Part shown: positions 39,401 to 51,030 of the stretch, in pieces
How positions within the stretch are numbered: the first letter of the stretch is position 1
Layout of the letters: each line of letters starts with the position of its first letter
From: Antedon mediterranea
Lineage: Eukaryota > Animalia > Echinodermata
Length of the DNA: 64,000 nucleotides
NCBI RefSeq assembly: GCF_964355755.1
Contig: NC_092673.1
Location: 23,371,648 to 23,435,647, forward strand
Direction of reading: 5' to 3'
Made by a program: the position numbers and the translations under genes
Notes under the pieces: model-generated
Database searches by the model: none
Told to the model about the DNA's origin: nothing
The model's input: only the letters and a program-made list of their open reading frames with translations

Positions 39401-42400
39401 CTTTGATCCAATCTAACAGGTTTTTTTAGTTTATTTGATTAAAATATTTATAGTATTTTTTGTTTAATTTTTTACTGAAACTTCTGTATGCAGCTATTTC
39501 CTGAAAGCCTAGTGGTCAAAGAGAATTTATAAAGGGATATAATGAACATTCAAATATTAATTAATCCCTTCACAATTATCGGTCCTAGAGCAATATAAAT
39601 TTAAACATACTGGAACTAGTAATGCTGTTTCATGTGCAATGTTGAGAGTGAAAAAAGTAGATATCTATTCACATTTGAATACTGTATACCATAAGCCACC
39701 GCAGTCTGATAATAGCAGAACTTTTTTTAAAATCTGTAATTTGGTAGACTTTCACAGATTTTCTAATCTTACTATTTTAACGCATTACCTACTGTACGTG
39801 AATAAAATGTTTTAACGCAGTTTTTAAATTGATGTGTGTATGACAGTATAAACAGCGACATTTCCTTCAAAATATAAATGAAGATGAAATAATCCGATAG
39901 TATTGAAATTGGTCCACAGGGATTGTACAGCAATGAATATTTGATGACAACAATAATTTACGTCGTTACTCTATCCCGTTACTTTTACAAGTACATAATG
40001 ATGATGGATGTAAAACACCAACTAAACAACTATGCATTATTATGGTCAGTTGCCGCAAAATCCATCAGTGAAATATAAAATTTAAACTGCTAACATATCT
40101 AGCAAATAAAACTACACATTACATGCCAAGCTAGCATCAGACTTTACATGTACCTAATATGTTACGATCTACCAAGCCAAAAACAGTTATCCAGTGGCGT
40201 AACAGATGAGCGCTCACTGGATAGGGGCCCCGGAGCTCAAGGGGCCCCTGAGCAGTGCCTAGTACTGGTACTGGTTCAAATAACCGTCTCACAAGCCTAG
40301 TGAGACAATGTTGTCACCAAACAGGTATGATTGAATCTGATGCATTTTCTTTAGAAAGATTCTAAGCAAAAACAGTCAGACTAGACAACATTAAAAGCAT
40401 TAAAAAGACAAGCTAACATATTCGACAACCAAATCCATTCTGCATTGAATTAAGCACTTACGATTTTATGCAAATATTTATAACAGTTTTGTATTCCCCC
40501 TATGGTTACGTTGTAAGCTAAATATGCCATTATCGTTACTAGTGATTGTCTAAACAGCGCTATTTGCGATTAGGAAGTTAATGTGTACAGTAGGTATACA
40601 ATTACACATTTTTTTTAGATTTCTATGTAACTTGATTCAGCCCCTATTCCATTTATCATGTAGTAAGAGATTTATTTTTTTTAAATTTTACATATTGTTT
40701 AGTTATAAACCAGACAGTATGTTTGCTATACATTTCTTCCAGCCAATCTAAGGGTGCGTATATAACACGCTATTACACACATATTCAACATGCTTATGAG
40801 ATGTGTGTTGTATATTGAAGAGATTCCGTGTGATATTTTAATTGCGAAAAAGGCTAAAGATGTGTTAAAATTTAGGGTGTTGTATAAACACAGCATAATT
40901 AAAACATAGGATGGATTCACATTGGAATGCATCTACAGTATATCAGAATAGCAGGCACAAAATAGTTCCCAAAACGGATTGGCAATACAGTAAAACGATT
41001 TCACCAATGTTTCTTTAATAGCCAATCACCTACATTCCAGGTCTAAATTAAGGTATGACTTTCATGATAACATATTGCAATATAACACTTTGTGGTCATT
41101 TGTGAACATAGGCTACAGTATTTATACACAAATTATACATAGATGGAATATAGGCTTGCAATATAAAATGTAGCAAAACACATCATTTGTCATACAAGGT
41201 AGAAAAGATACAGAACATAGAAAAGATGTGTGGACAGGCGAAACTAGATAGATAAACTAGAAATAACAATCGCTGAAGCAGGTGATTTTCACAATGTTAT
41301 CTCTAAAGAAGTATTATCCAATCAGATAAAATTGATGACACACTTGAGTGGCACTATTTCAACAGAAGCTCATTAGGCTATGAATGATGGAATAGATTGA
41401 ATGTTTACAGCGGTTCTCTATCAAATTAAAGATTCAATGTTTACCATGCATGGCACTATCTCATTAAAATGTTTACCGTGTACGGCACTGTTAAATCAAA
41501 GATGCTTTAATACTGTAAAGATTTCTGTGACTCGTTAACAATACACAATGTTTACAGTCCGCAAATTCATCTACTAACACCATAGAAATATTATAAGGAA
41601 ACTATATGAGAATAATAATGTGAGTACAGTATTGTATACAATCACAGATTGGCAGTTTGGGATGGCTGATCAGGGAGGTATAAAAATATACCTCCATGGG
41701 CTGATGTGGGTGCGAATGAGCTAAACCTAAATTTCATAAATGGTTTTTTAAGGCCTATTGTACCTTCTACAACCCATCCTCAAATACATTAATGCCATCC
41801 AAAAATGTATCTATTGTAGCCACTTGTGGACTGTAAAGCACTCTATAAATTAACCAACCTAGGAGGAAAATTCTTTAAACAAATATTTGCTTTGAAAATA
41901 AAATGTTTTTTAAAAAACCACAAAGACGAAAAATCAGTTGATCCTATTCAGGTATTTATTGATGACAAGTGTGTTATGTCTGCTAAGCCAGGGATGGCTA
42001 TTTTGTTATGCCTGATACGGCATGTCGAAGCCTGGCCTTTGAAAGGTAAGAATAATTAAAACTACGAGTATCTCGTAGACAAATCAAAATACATATCAGG
42101 TGCAATAGACTGTAACGGATCAGCAATCAAATATCAAGTCATAAATATTGGCCAATGACCCTTGGAAAACTGTGTTCTATAGCTACTGATGCCTTACAAT
42201 CAGGTACATACTGCATTTAGAGTGGCAATGTTTTATGTGTGCTGGATACTCAATATCATAGTTCTAGAAACAAAACTGTTTCTAATTTCTGTAATGTTGA
42301 TATAAAGTTTGCAGTACACCGACACCATGTGTATTAGTTCTGAAAAGAACTGTTGAGTTTCTTGACGTTTCGATAAATATGCTTTGATCAATGCGTATCT

Positions 42401-45400
42401 CACTCCTGAGGAAAATTATATTTAATTATTCACATTGGTATCAATTGAGTATTTGCTACAGTATTCAAAAGGTTCTTTGTAGAAAAACCTGTATTCAACG
42501 TGAGGGAGTGTGGTTGGCAGAATAGTTCATATTGCTCAGGGAGGCTCAAGGAACTTTACCTTTTCATATCATACCTCTCCCTCTGGTTTATCCAGGTAAG
42601 CTAGGCACGGAATAGACATAACATTTGAAATTTCAGTTTGAATTTATTGTTGTTTCGCACACTTTATCTTTAGACATAATCCTCCTGCCCTGCAATGTTG
42701 TTTGAAGGTTGGAATAGCAAAGACCAATAATAAATATGTTTTTGGCACTTTAGCAGATGATTATCCAGACATTTATTTCTACAAGTAGCTTATAAAAAAA
42801 CACTCACTTCACATTCTGTGCAGGTGGAGTGTGATTAAGGAGAAAATGAATACACTTGTTATCTGTAGGACTGAGAGGTTTTTCAAAGGTGAAATCATGA
42901 ATGCTTGAAGAAGGGATAACATATTGCTGTTATTCTTGTTTAAAAGATAACAAATACTGCTTTAAAACAGATAATTTTTAATCAAAATCATTTCATGTTT
43001 ACATCAGGTATAATGCTTTTATTGAATTAAAATAATATGTTTGTGTAAACAGTAATTTTGGCACATAGCTTGCTATTGCCTCAAATAATATGATCTATGG
43101 AATGCCAGCTGTGCAAAAACAAAACGATTGTTAGATTTCTTTGCATCTTTACCCTCCTGTTATTGGCGAATTTATTTTGCTGTTGGTTGGGTTTGAAAAT
43201 AAAATAAAAATGGGCAGGATTTTGAATGAATTCTGCAAGTATGTCCTATTTTTTCCTTAAATCTTGAATTTATACTGTATAAATAATGTTTAAATTAAAT
43301 CATTAATTAATGAAGTAAATCTAAATCTTTTTACTGTAAAGCCTTCTTATAATTAGGCACAATTGAAACATCATCAAATCAGCTTGCAACATGAAATGAC
43401 AGTTTGAAAGGCAATGAGTTCCACCATAGAAATTATTAGGGATCCTGTATTCTAAGCCTTTAAACTCTGGATTACAGAGAAGCTAACGACAACAATTACT
43501 GTGGCATTGAGGCCTAAGTGTGTGTGGCTGAATGTGCAATAAAATAAAACAAAGATTCTATTATGTATTATTAAAGGTTATGCACAAGTTGTTAAGAATC
43601 TGGTATGCAATGGTTAATGCTTTAATCAACTTTAATATAGCAAGGCTTGATTTCCTAAATTGTTCTACCAAATAATCCAAAGGTAGTTTGATTTGAAGTA
43701 GGCCTAATACATGTAGATACAGTATAAAGTGCCAATAGTTCAGACATATCGGTGCTTTTATCGTACTTATGCAGAGTAGGTCTGAACCAGGAAAAGATTA
43801 GTGTAACACACCCTACTAGTTCATACCTAAACCGAACATTATATCTTACATTTTGTACCTACTGTAGGCAGTATTATTGAGGAAAGTGTTGCTACTTGTT
43901 ACTATTTTTAACATGCTCACTGTCTAGCCCACAAGGGATAAAGGAATAATAGTGGTTTGTTGTGCAGTAAGTAATAAATCCATGCATACTGCTACTAAAG
44001 GTACCTGTACATTTGCAAATTACAAAAACAATGTATAAATAATTATGTATAGAAAAGTACCAGTAAGTTATATTGAAGGACACTGAAATATTGACAAAAT
44101 GTTTTCTTTATATTCAAATTATCATGGATGTATAATCATACAATATGTTCACTCAGCACTCGGTTATCTTGGATATTAAGGCCTTTCACCAAGCTTCACT
44201 TTTTTTTTACTGTACGATGCATTAACTATATTAAGTACAGTACAATACTATTGTATTGTATAGTATGTCATGTACACCAACAAACTTTTTTTTTGGTATA
44301 TAGTTTAGCAATACCCTACAAAATACAGTGGCAGATAAAAACTTTTAGATTTGTGCTCCCACAGAGATAACATTTTATACTGTATATTTGTTTAATCTTT
44401 GAATGAAAATACATCATTGCACTGATCACTTTTAATTAGTTGCCAGATTCAAGATGGAGTAGCAATTATGACAAGGGCTACTGAATGATACCATTTTAAT
44501 AAATCATACAGTAATCAAGAAACATGATTAAATTCTTCTTTAAAAGATTGCATTAATCTATTCTATAAATTGTCTGTTCAGAAGAAAAGTGATTTGTTTT
44601 ACTTACGAAATTACAATCAAGACATTTAATTAAAAAAAGAATTACAACTCTGAACTCTGTAAAAGGTCCTTATAAAATTAAAATAAGCCCACAATGCATT
44701 TAAATATACAGTTCTAACCCCTTATTTGGGTATTCTAACCCCTTATTTGGGTATTCTAACCCCTTATTTGGGTATTCTAACCCCTTATTTAATACATTAG
44801 AATCCTCCTAATTGGGACACCCTGTGAAAGAAATGAGGAAAAGTATATGTTTTAACATTATGGTCAACCTCTATTCAAGGAACAAGGGGACACTTTTTGG
44901 GTCACAAAATTGTCCCCTTAATAGAGGTTCCACTGTCTCTAAGAATTTTGAGAATCTACATCAGTCAATAAGATGTTATTATTGCCTTTTAATTACCAAA
45001 CTATATTTACTAGAGAGAGTGGAACACAATAGTTTGGCATCCAATAATATGTTATAAATTATATATTGTGGTCTAGACATGTGGTGTTAATGAGTGTAGA
45101 TTTACTGTACTGAGTGTGATCACCCTATAATTTATGTTAAAAAAAAAACCCACAAGGAATTGCATTCCCAGGGATATAAAGATTATTCAGAAATTGTTTG
45201 AATACCAAAAAAAAATAATAAAGCATTTCACAACATAGGACCATTTTATGACATCATAATCATAATTTTTAATTCAGTATCCTTCCTACTTTTACATCGT
45301 CAGTAAAACTATTAATTATATATTTTGTTGCACTCTCCATTCTCTACAGAATGCTCCAGTGAGCAGATTGTTGCAATTGAATACCATGTCCATAATTAAT

Positions 45401-47967
45401 TAATTAACAGGCAACATACAGTAGTGTCAGTCTTTTGGCAACTTTTTTTTCAATTTTTTTTATGTTGTTACAAAACGTAAACGTATATATTTAAATACTT
45501 TATATCTTCATTTCATCCTTTCAGCGAGCATCTTGTGAATGCTAGGATGCTTCAATGCGACAAGCTTTTTGACAAAAATAATTTAAAATCAGAAAAAAAA
45601 AAAAATAAATCACAATTATTTTCTCCCTTGCCTACAGTAATGAGATAACATGATGCGCTGGAATTACATTTCACAAGTTAAATTGATCGAGAACCTTTCG
45701 AAAAACAATCAATAACAAAATATTCTGTATGGCAGTATAGGTTGGAGTGCTGCACTGTAGAGGTATGGAGTTTTCTTGATGACCAGTTTGCAATCTACAT
45801 TAGTTAAAGTTAAAATGCGGGCTGATACAGTAAATCTTTTGAGTGTAAAACAAATGGTCAAACATTAAGGTCTAGGTCGGAGTTGGTAACCATGGTATAA
45901 CACTGTATGAACACAGTGCAAAAATCCGATTTGTAGGATGACATTAATTGAGTTGCGTATATATAAAAAAATAACTCTTAATAGCTCCATAGTTAAAAGC
46001 ATCAAAACGACGCAACGCTTAATACAGGATATATTTGAAAAGTCCACAGCGTATTGAGAAAGTTTGTGACATTTTTTTATAAGGCACAATAGAAATGGTT
46101 TATATGTATGTATGCGATAAATAATGGGCTATTGTCGGTTTATACAGGTAAGCTAGACACGAAATAGACAACTTTAATACAAACCACAGTAGAACTCCTT
46201 TCTTGGAACACCTGCAATATTTAAGGGACACTTTCAAGTGAATCAAATTTGGTTTGGTCCCAAATGTTTCCCTTAATCCTGGGGTCTCTATACTATACTG
46301 TAAAAATGAACAATGTATCAGTATATCTAAAAAAACAAAAACATTAAAAAACGTACTCTTATTCTTCTCATGGCCGACACAATTTCAACTCTACTGTTTG
46401 GGCGTGGCACATCAAGTGTTCCAATATACTAAAAAAGAAAATTGAAATCGGATTAAATCTGATTAATATATAATTCTATTTTTGTATTTTTTTTTTTTTT
46501 TGTTATCAGTAACAAATTCCAGAAAAATGCCCAGAAATATTCAACAAAAACATTTGAATCTATAAAAGGTTAATAATACAGTATGATGTACAGGTACATT
46601 ATTGTATGAATAATTTTATGAATTATACAATATTAAATGCATAGATTAAATTAGCGAGTGAACCAGGGCATTTAGCAGTGAACCAGGGCATTTAGGAGTG
46701 AACCAGGGCATTTAGGAGTGAACCAGGGCATTTAGGAGTGAACCAGGGCATTTAGGAGTGAACCAGGGCATTTAGGAGTGAACCAGGGCATTTAGGAGTG
46801 AACCAGGGCATTTAGGAGTGAACCAGGGCATTTAGGAGTGAACCAGGGCATTTAGGAGTGAACCAGGGCATTTAGGAGTGAACCAGGGCATTTAGGAGTG
46901 AACCAGGGCATTTAGGAGTGAACCAGGGCATTTAGGAGTGAACCAGGGCATTGAGGCATTCTTCTGTCCCAATGTTGTTGAATAAGCTGTTTTTACTAGC
47001 TATATGCTCAGTTAACCACAAAGAAAGACTTCAACTTAGACCTTTTTAAATTCAATATTAAGTCTACACAAAGCAACAAGTCAATAAAATGTTTATAAAA
47101 ATCAGATAAAAGGCTACGTAAGGTATTCTCATTAGGACAAACACAATCTAACTTTATATTTACAGCATAGCAAATATATTTAAAATTATATTCATATTGT
47201 TTATTACTGGCATTGAAATATTTTATTCTTTTCTAAATATAATTTCTAGTTTAAATGCAAGGTTCAAATTGATTACAGTACAGTAAATTAAAATACTGTA
47301 GGACCAGAATTTAAAAAACATTGGTAGACCAGCAAAAGATGCCATAACATTTGTTTAAAATATTAACTCCTCAAACCAGGGAAGGGTTGTAGGCAGGACC
47401 TGAAACATTTCCCAGGGCCTAGAATTCAGCAAAGTTGCAATGGGGTCTGAAAGCGAAGCGCTCAAGGCAGCATATTTGTTGAGGAAAATAAATTAATGTA
47501 ATGATAGATCTCATGACAAATATTGACTTCCTAAATGCAATCAGAACAAACAATTTTATCAAATCTATGTTTCTCTGTAATAAAAAAGGTTTGTCCAAAG
47601 CATAAAAATTCCCCCCTGCCTACTGTACGAGCCTGGACAACCTACCTCCTCTTGTACCCAAATTAATTTTAATGGACACGTAGTTTTAAACAGATTTCTC
47701 AAGAATACAGCATTTTGTATAATACTGTACATTACCTATACACGGAATATAATATAAGAAATTGTTTATGACTCATGGGATACATAATACCTTCTTGTAT
47801 GTTATTTTATGATGTATTTAAATAAAATTTAAAATGCTTAGCGTTCATTTTTAATAAATTACCTTCGCTTGGAAATGAATACCATGTTGAAACGCTTCGT
47901 CATTATGCAACGGGATTCTGGAATCGTACGTGTCTTCCACCAAATTGTATTTATTCCTTTTAGGCAT
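5481..47967 (-). CDS. NOS1AP: NOS1AP/CAPON homologue (PTB/PID domain adaptor with coiled coil), 9 coding exons, about 634 aa: complement(join(5481..6476,6867..7088,7812..7921,10801..10939,12818..12926,14964..15022,15870..15962,46357..46428,47863..47967))
   Basis: All introns GT-AG with compatible phases, total 1905 nt. Translation [65 protein letters not shown]... and [32 protein letters not shown] closely resemble vertebrate NOS1AP as I recall it. Confidence 0.95.
6867..7088 (-). CDS. NOS1AP: NOS1AP coding exon 8 (coiled coil HQKQLLQQQ...AARIEAQ)
   Basis: 222 nt, CTCTAG acceptor, CAG|GTGAG donor; conserved QTQVAVAQV motif. Confidence 0.92.
7812..7921 (-). CDS. NOS1AP: NOS1AP coding exon 7, linker ([18 protein letters not shown]...DDSYQ)
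   Basis: 110 nt open frame, CTACAG acceptor, CAG|GTATAA donor; its phase 1/0 bridges exons 6 and 8 exactly. No homology support. Confidence 0.75.
9889..10372. mobile_element. 484 bp Tourist/Harbinger-type MITE
   Basis: Perfect TIR GGGTATGTTCAGACTCA with TAA TSD on both sides. Confidence 0.9.
10801..10939 (-). CDS. NOS1AP: NOS1AP coding exon 6 ([22 protein letters not shown]...)
   Basis: 139 nt, TTTTAG acceptor, G|GTAATT donor; PTB C-terminal helix GQAFEVCHK. Confidence 0.95.
11078..11390. repeat. Irregular ~20 bp minisatellite (GGATATAGTCCCACRCT type)
   Basis: About 15 degenerate units with a duplicated block of roughly 100 bp. Confidence 0.8.
11550..11791. mobile_element. Small MITE with ~40 bp imperfect TIRs
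   Basis: AGGC..CAGAATCAA..TTTTTGTTGCCCTGAGG mirrored by CCTCAGGGCAACGAAAAA..TTGATTCTG..GCCT; TSD unclear. Confidence 0.6.
12818..12926 (-). CDS. NOS1AP: NOS1AP coding exon 5 ([36 protein letters not shown])
   Basis: 109 nt, TTTACAG acceptor, AAG|GTACAG donor; core PTB motif. Confidence 0.95.
14553..14905. repeat. Tandem duplication, ~190 bp x2
   Basis: GTAATTTATGGGAAACCCCCAGTAAAAA at 14553 and 14743; GAAAATTCTGTTGATATTG repeated downstream in both. Confidence 0.85.
14964..15022 (-). CDS. NOS1AP: NOS1AP coding exon 4 ([20 protein letters not shown])
   Basis: 59 nt, TTTCAG acceptor, AG|GTAAG donor. Confidence 0.95.
15613..15652 (+). ncRNA. Decayed minimal type I hammerhead ribozyme motif (Penelope-like/retrozyme remnant)
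   Basis: CTGATGA-stem II-C[A]AAA-GCTC; the G of the GAAA box is replaced by A, so probably inactive. Confidence 0.5.
15870..15962 (-). CDS. NOS1AP: NOS1AP coding exon 3 ([31 protein letters not shown])
   Basis: 93 nt, TTTTGCAG acceptor, GT donor, phase 0/0. Confidence 0.95.
17547..17800 (+). mobile_element. tRNA-headed SINE with Deu-domain-like body
   Basis: A box TGGCTGAGCTG, B box GGTTCAAGCC, then GACTATAAATCGTAGGTCC...TTAAAGAACC...GAGTAGGGGTTACCCCAGTGT, resembling the DeuSINE central domain as I recall it. Confidence 0.7.
19447..19701 (-). mobile_element. Second copy of the tRNA-headed Deu-like SINE, opposite orientation
   Basis: Reverse strand reads TGGCCAAGCGG...GGCAAGGGTTTGAGGC...ACTATAAACCATAGATCC...TTAAAGAACCCAG, alignable to the 17547 copy. 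Confidence 0.7.
20681..20726 (+). ncRNA. Second decayed minimal hammerhead ribozyme motif
   Basis: TTGCA-CTGAGGA-A-GGGT(TAGTACT)ACCC-AAAA-GCTC-AGCAA; followed by TCTCCATTGAGA as in the 15613 copy. Confidence 0.55.
21220..21903. mobile_element. Longer (684 bp) copy of the GGGTATGTTCAGACTCA MITE, inverted relative to 9889-10372
   Basis: Same TIRs; the interior is the reverse complement of the first copy plus extra segments; TSD degenerate (TAG/TGA). Confidence 0.9.
28612..29496. mobile_element. Possible Kolobok-type non-autonomous element
   Basis: TTAA|AGCTACAG...CTGTCGCT|TTAA; the TIR is short, so support is weak. Confidence 0.35.
29883..30696. mobile_element. Non-autonomous TIR element (~814 bp), probably Harbinger-related
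   Basis: TIR GGCCCYGTTTCTGCTGCCAA; many subterminal ATATACCGTAT/ATACGGTATAT repeats; TSD not clean. Confidence 0.8.
30941..32349 (+). CDS. Harbinger/HARBI1-like DDE transposase (DDE_Tnp_4 type), join(30941..31128,31458..32349), 359 aa
   Basis: AG|GTAAG donor and CCCTTAG acceptor in matching phase; motifs GFVDGT, YNGHKR, YGDPAY and RISVEWLFG give an intact D-D-E triad. Confidence 0.95.
33026..34800 (-). CDS. Harbinger partner protein with Myb/SANT(trihelix)-like domain and charged/Gln-rich tail, complement(join(33026..33341,33439..33846,34165..34199,34780..34800)), 259 aa
   Basis: Four exons with GT-AG introns in compatible phase (780 nt); W-spaced pattern [10 protein letters not shown]...[11 protein letters not shown]...AVRDRISNL. 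The two small 5' exons are less certain than the two large ones. Confidence 0.85.
35855..36045 (+). mobile_element. Probable truncated SINE remnant
   Basis: CCACCCAGGTGTATAAAATGGGTACCGG resembles conserved invertebrate SINE central domains; ends in an (ATT)-rich tail. Confidence 0.4.
44712..44790. repeat. 21 bp minisatellite x ~3.8 (TTCTAACCCCTTATTTGGGTA)
   Basis: Perfect tandem copies. Confidence 0.95.
46357..46428 (-). CDS. NOS1AP: NOS1AP coding exon 2 ([24 protein letters not shown])
   Basis: 72 nt, AG acceptor and GTACGT donor; PTB domain start. Confidence 0.95.
46651..46952. repeat. 20 bp minisatellite x15 (GAGTGAACCAGGGCATTTAG)
   Basis: AACCAGGGCA every 20 bp from 46661 to 46941, nearly perfect. 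Confidence 0.98.
47863..47967 (-). CDS. NOS1AP: NOS1AP coding exon 1 ([10 protein letters not shown]...[10 protein letters not shown])
   Basis: ATG at 47967-47965, donor AAG|GTAATT; a probable upstream acceptor TTTTGCAG near 48063 implies a further non-coding 5' exon. Confidence 0.95.
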
Positions 47968-48358
47968 GTTTATGTTCTTCTACTTTCAATCTCAAAATAG
48001 TTTTGTTTAATCAAGTCTAAAATCAGTCTTTAATAAAGATAATTCCATTCTTCAAAAAAAACCTGCAAAACAATTCAAAGTTAATGTGTACTACATGTAA
48101 ATTGAAAAATCAAATTGTAGACAATTATTTATTATAATACATTTGTTGAATAGGCTTTCTTTTGGATGGCAACTCAACTTGTCAGCCATTGATAATGAGT
48201 AAAAGCATACCAGAAGATAGATAATTAAGAGGGTTAGGTTTTTAATATTTAGGAACAAGTTTTATATTTAGGTACGGGTTTTAGGAATGCAATTTTACCG
48301 TACCTTTAACGGAAGTGCGTGCCCTCTATAATTACCGTACCTTTACGGTACCATATTT

Positions 48359-50190
48359 GGCGCTAGTTCCGTTTCGCACCTGTTGTTTATTTCGACTCAA
48401 AATTGGTTAAGTAACTTTATCGTGAGTACCACACCTTAGAATTAGGCCTCAAAAATACTTTTACGAAGGAGATCATACAAAAAGTGACAAATAAAAATCC
48501 TTTAAATTGATTAATTTACAGACGTGTTTCTCGCACATTGGTTCGTGAATTTACTCCATGTTCAATGTTGTTGTTTCTATGAAGCGCCAAAAGAGCAATC
48601 ATAATAGAGGGCTAAAAACTCAGTAAATTGTGTATATTTAATGCATTTATTGGTGAAAATTATGTTCAATTTTATCATATTTTGTCAATGTCAATGCAAC
48701 AAATATATTACTGTTGATACTGTACATGGTTTTCGCAGGAACTTTTAGGAATGAAAATCGACAAATTCATCATCATATTACATGACAGTATGTAGTGTAG
48801 GGGTGTACCTGATCTAAATAATATTCCTCTTAGTCTTACGCCCGTATTCTTAAACCGGACTTTAGTCGTAGTTCAAAGTTCGACTTGAAAAAGTCGTAGT
48901 TCGAGCTATTACTTCAAATTCGATTAAAAAATGAAGTAGTCGAAGTTTGCAGTTTGACTTAATGAAGTCGAGCTTTTAGTCGAGTTGCACACGTCTGGGT
49001 AACAAAGGCTAAACATTAGCCAATGACAAGAGAGTATTTGAGGAGCAGATGAAATTTTGGGCATTGATATCACTTTCCATTTTCTTACAAAACTTTTTAC
49101 GCATCAGGACTATATACATGAAAAATAATTTTAATCGTTAATTATTAGAACAAGATCACAGTATTAATTTAACAGTGAAGTACTTTTGATTAACAACAAA
49201 CAAAATCTTCAAAATATATTTAGGAACCATGGCGGTACGGTAACTTTCATATTTTCTAGGCCTCCAACAAAGTATGATCGCGACGAACCACGCACTTCCT
49301 AGCGTGACAAGAAAGCGCTAGGCCCCCTAAACATTCCATCGCGTGGTGAATTGCCGCATCTCCCATTGTCGCTATGGCGTGACGTAGTTCAAGTCGGACT
49401 TGCGCGAAGAAAATAATGTAATTTGTATACAGTTGTAAATAAAGATGATTTTCATTATTATAACTTACACCAATGTATATTTAATTAAGCTAATATAAAT
49501 ATAGATATTTCATTCTTCAATATCTGGCCAATATAACAACTCAAAGACTATTACGTTTTTTATAAACATCGTTTAAAACCATTTAGTTGACCATTGAGCC
49601 TGCCCCCTCCAGGACTAAAAAAATCGATCAAAATCCGTCTCGATTTAGTCAAGGTTGGCCTGATTTAGTCGGTGATTTAGTTGAAGTTCGGTTTATGAAT
49701 TAAAATGACGTCATTTTTTTAGTTTTAGCTTGAACTACGACTAAAGTCCGGTTTAAGAATACGGGCGTTAGTATTACTCTAGGCCTAGGGTTGGTTGCTA
49801 TTTGAAAACAGCAAATTATTAGCAGTAAAATGTTACAGCATTTTTATTGACAAAATATATTAAAATTTAACGTGTATTTCAATAATAAATGCATTAAAAG
49901 AAGACGCATTCCATTGAGATTTTAACCATCTATTGTTGTTGCTCTTTTGGCGCTCCATATAGACACGAAAATATTGAACTTCGAGTATGCTAAATTCGCA
50001 AACGGTATGCGAGAAACATGTCTGTAAAATCATCAATTAAAGGATTTATTTGTTACTTTTTATGCGATTCTTCTTCATAAAAGTACTTATGAGGCCCAAT
50101 TTTCAGGTGTGGTATTCACAACAAGTTGCTTAACAATTTGGAGTCAAAAGGAAGTCAAAATAAAAACAGGTGCAAAACGGAACTAGCGCC
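48359..50190. mobile_element. Merlin-like long-TIR foldback MITE carrying a nested insertion
   Basis: Termini GGCGCTAGTTCCG...CGGAACTAGCGCC, exact 8 bp TSD CCATATTT, ~370 bp imperfect arms. Merlin assignment inferred from GG termini plus 8 bp TSD. Confidence 0.85.
48839..49767. mobile_element. 929 bp Harbinger-type MITE nested in the Merlin-like element
   Basis: Perfect 38 bp TIR CGCCCGTATTCTTAAACCGGACTTTAGTCGTAGTTCAA with TTA TSD. Confidence 0.92.
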
Positions 50191-50679
50191 CCATATTTTT
50201 AGCCACAGCGGTTTTTTTTTAAACTCACTATTTATTCACTGGTCTTTACCCATCATTGCCTAAACGGATATTTTTATTAGGTTTAGAGGTCCAGAGACCA
50301 GATCATCTCAGCGAATAGCAAAGGCAAAAGTATCTCTAAGCGAGCGCTGGGCAGTTGCATTCCGGTGCCAGAACTGTACAGAGTTTTATATCTATTGCCA
50401 CCAAAATTAGTGTCATTGGTCGAAAAAACATTTTAAGAAATCGGTAAATGAATAAGAATAAGAGTATAGGCCTAACAGTAGTAAGCTAATATACACGTAG
50501 CCGGTAAGGCTTCTCTGATTGAGAGTAGGCCTACACTTTCACCTCCTTGCTGGAGTCTGCACTGACTGAGCAGTGCTGGGCTAGCCTCTGGTCTCTGTTA
50601 TGTCAAAAGTGTACATCAAGTATCCGGTGCGGTGGTGGTGGTAAACAATCTAATCTGTCATTTAAAAGTATCAACTTAC

Positions 50680-50874
50680 CTTTTATTAAAAGCTAACTCT
50701 CCAAGGGTTAAAAACGCAATTATATAGTTAAAAACCCCCAAATAGTTTCAGTTATCACAATATCAGGTGAGAATTGAGCAACAAACAACAGACCAACTAC
50801 AATGTTTAGTACCGTCTTACACCAACATCTAACCGATAAATGGTCACGGTGTAAAAAATCGTGATCCATTCATG
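50680..50874 (-). promoter_or_regulatory. Candidate NOS1AP non-coding first exon / promoter-proximal region
   Basis: Strong minus-strand donor AAAAG|GTAAGT at 50680, upstream of an otherwise unpaired acceptor near 48063; no transcript evidence. Confidence 0.35.
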
Positions 50875-51030
50875 CAGCAGGCGCTTGTGTCAAGCTAGCC
50901 AACAATAAGCCAGCCAACAATAAGCCAGCCCACTTTTATTTTTTCCAGCCAACAATAACTATGAAACGCCGTTTGTGCATTCTTTACATTTTTATTGTTA
51001 CTTATGGCTTTTATGGTATTAGGAATTAAA

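Noticed and set aside
40192-40260. hAT-like terminus CAGTGGCGTAAC with GGGGCCCC motifs
   Set aside because: No matching opposite end or TSD found; at most a fragment.
44712-46952. Telomere-like TAACCC/TTAGG words in the two minisatellites
   Set aside because: Only single words inside longer units, not tandem telomeric repeats.
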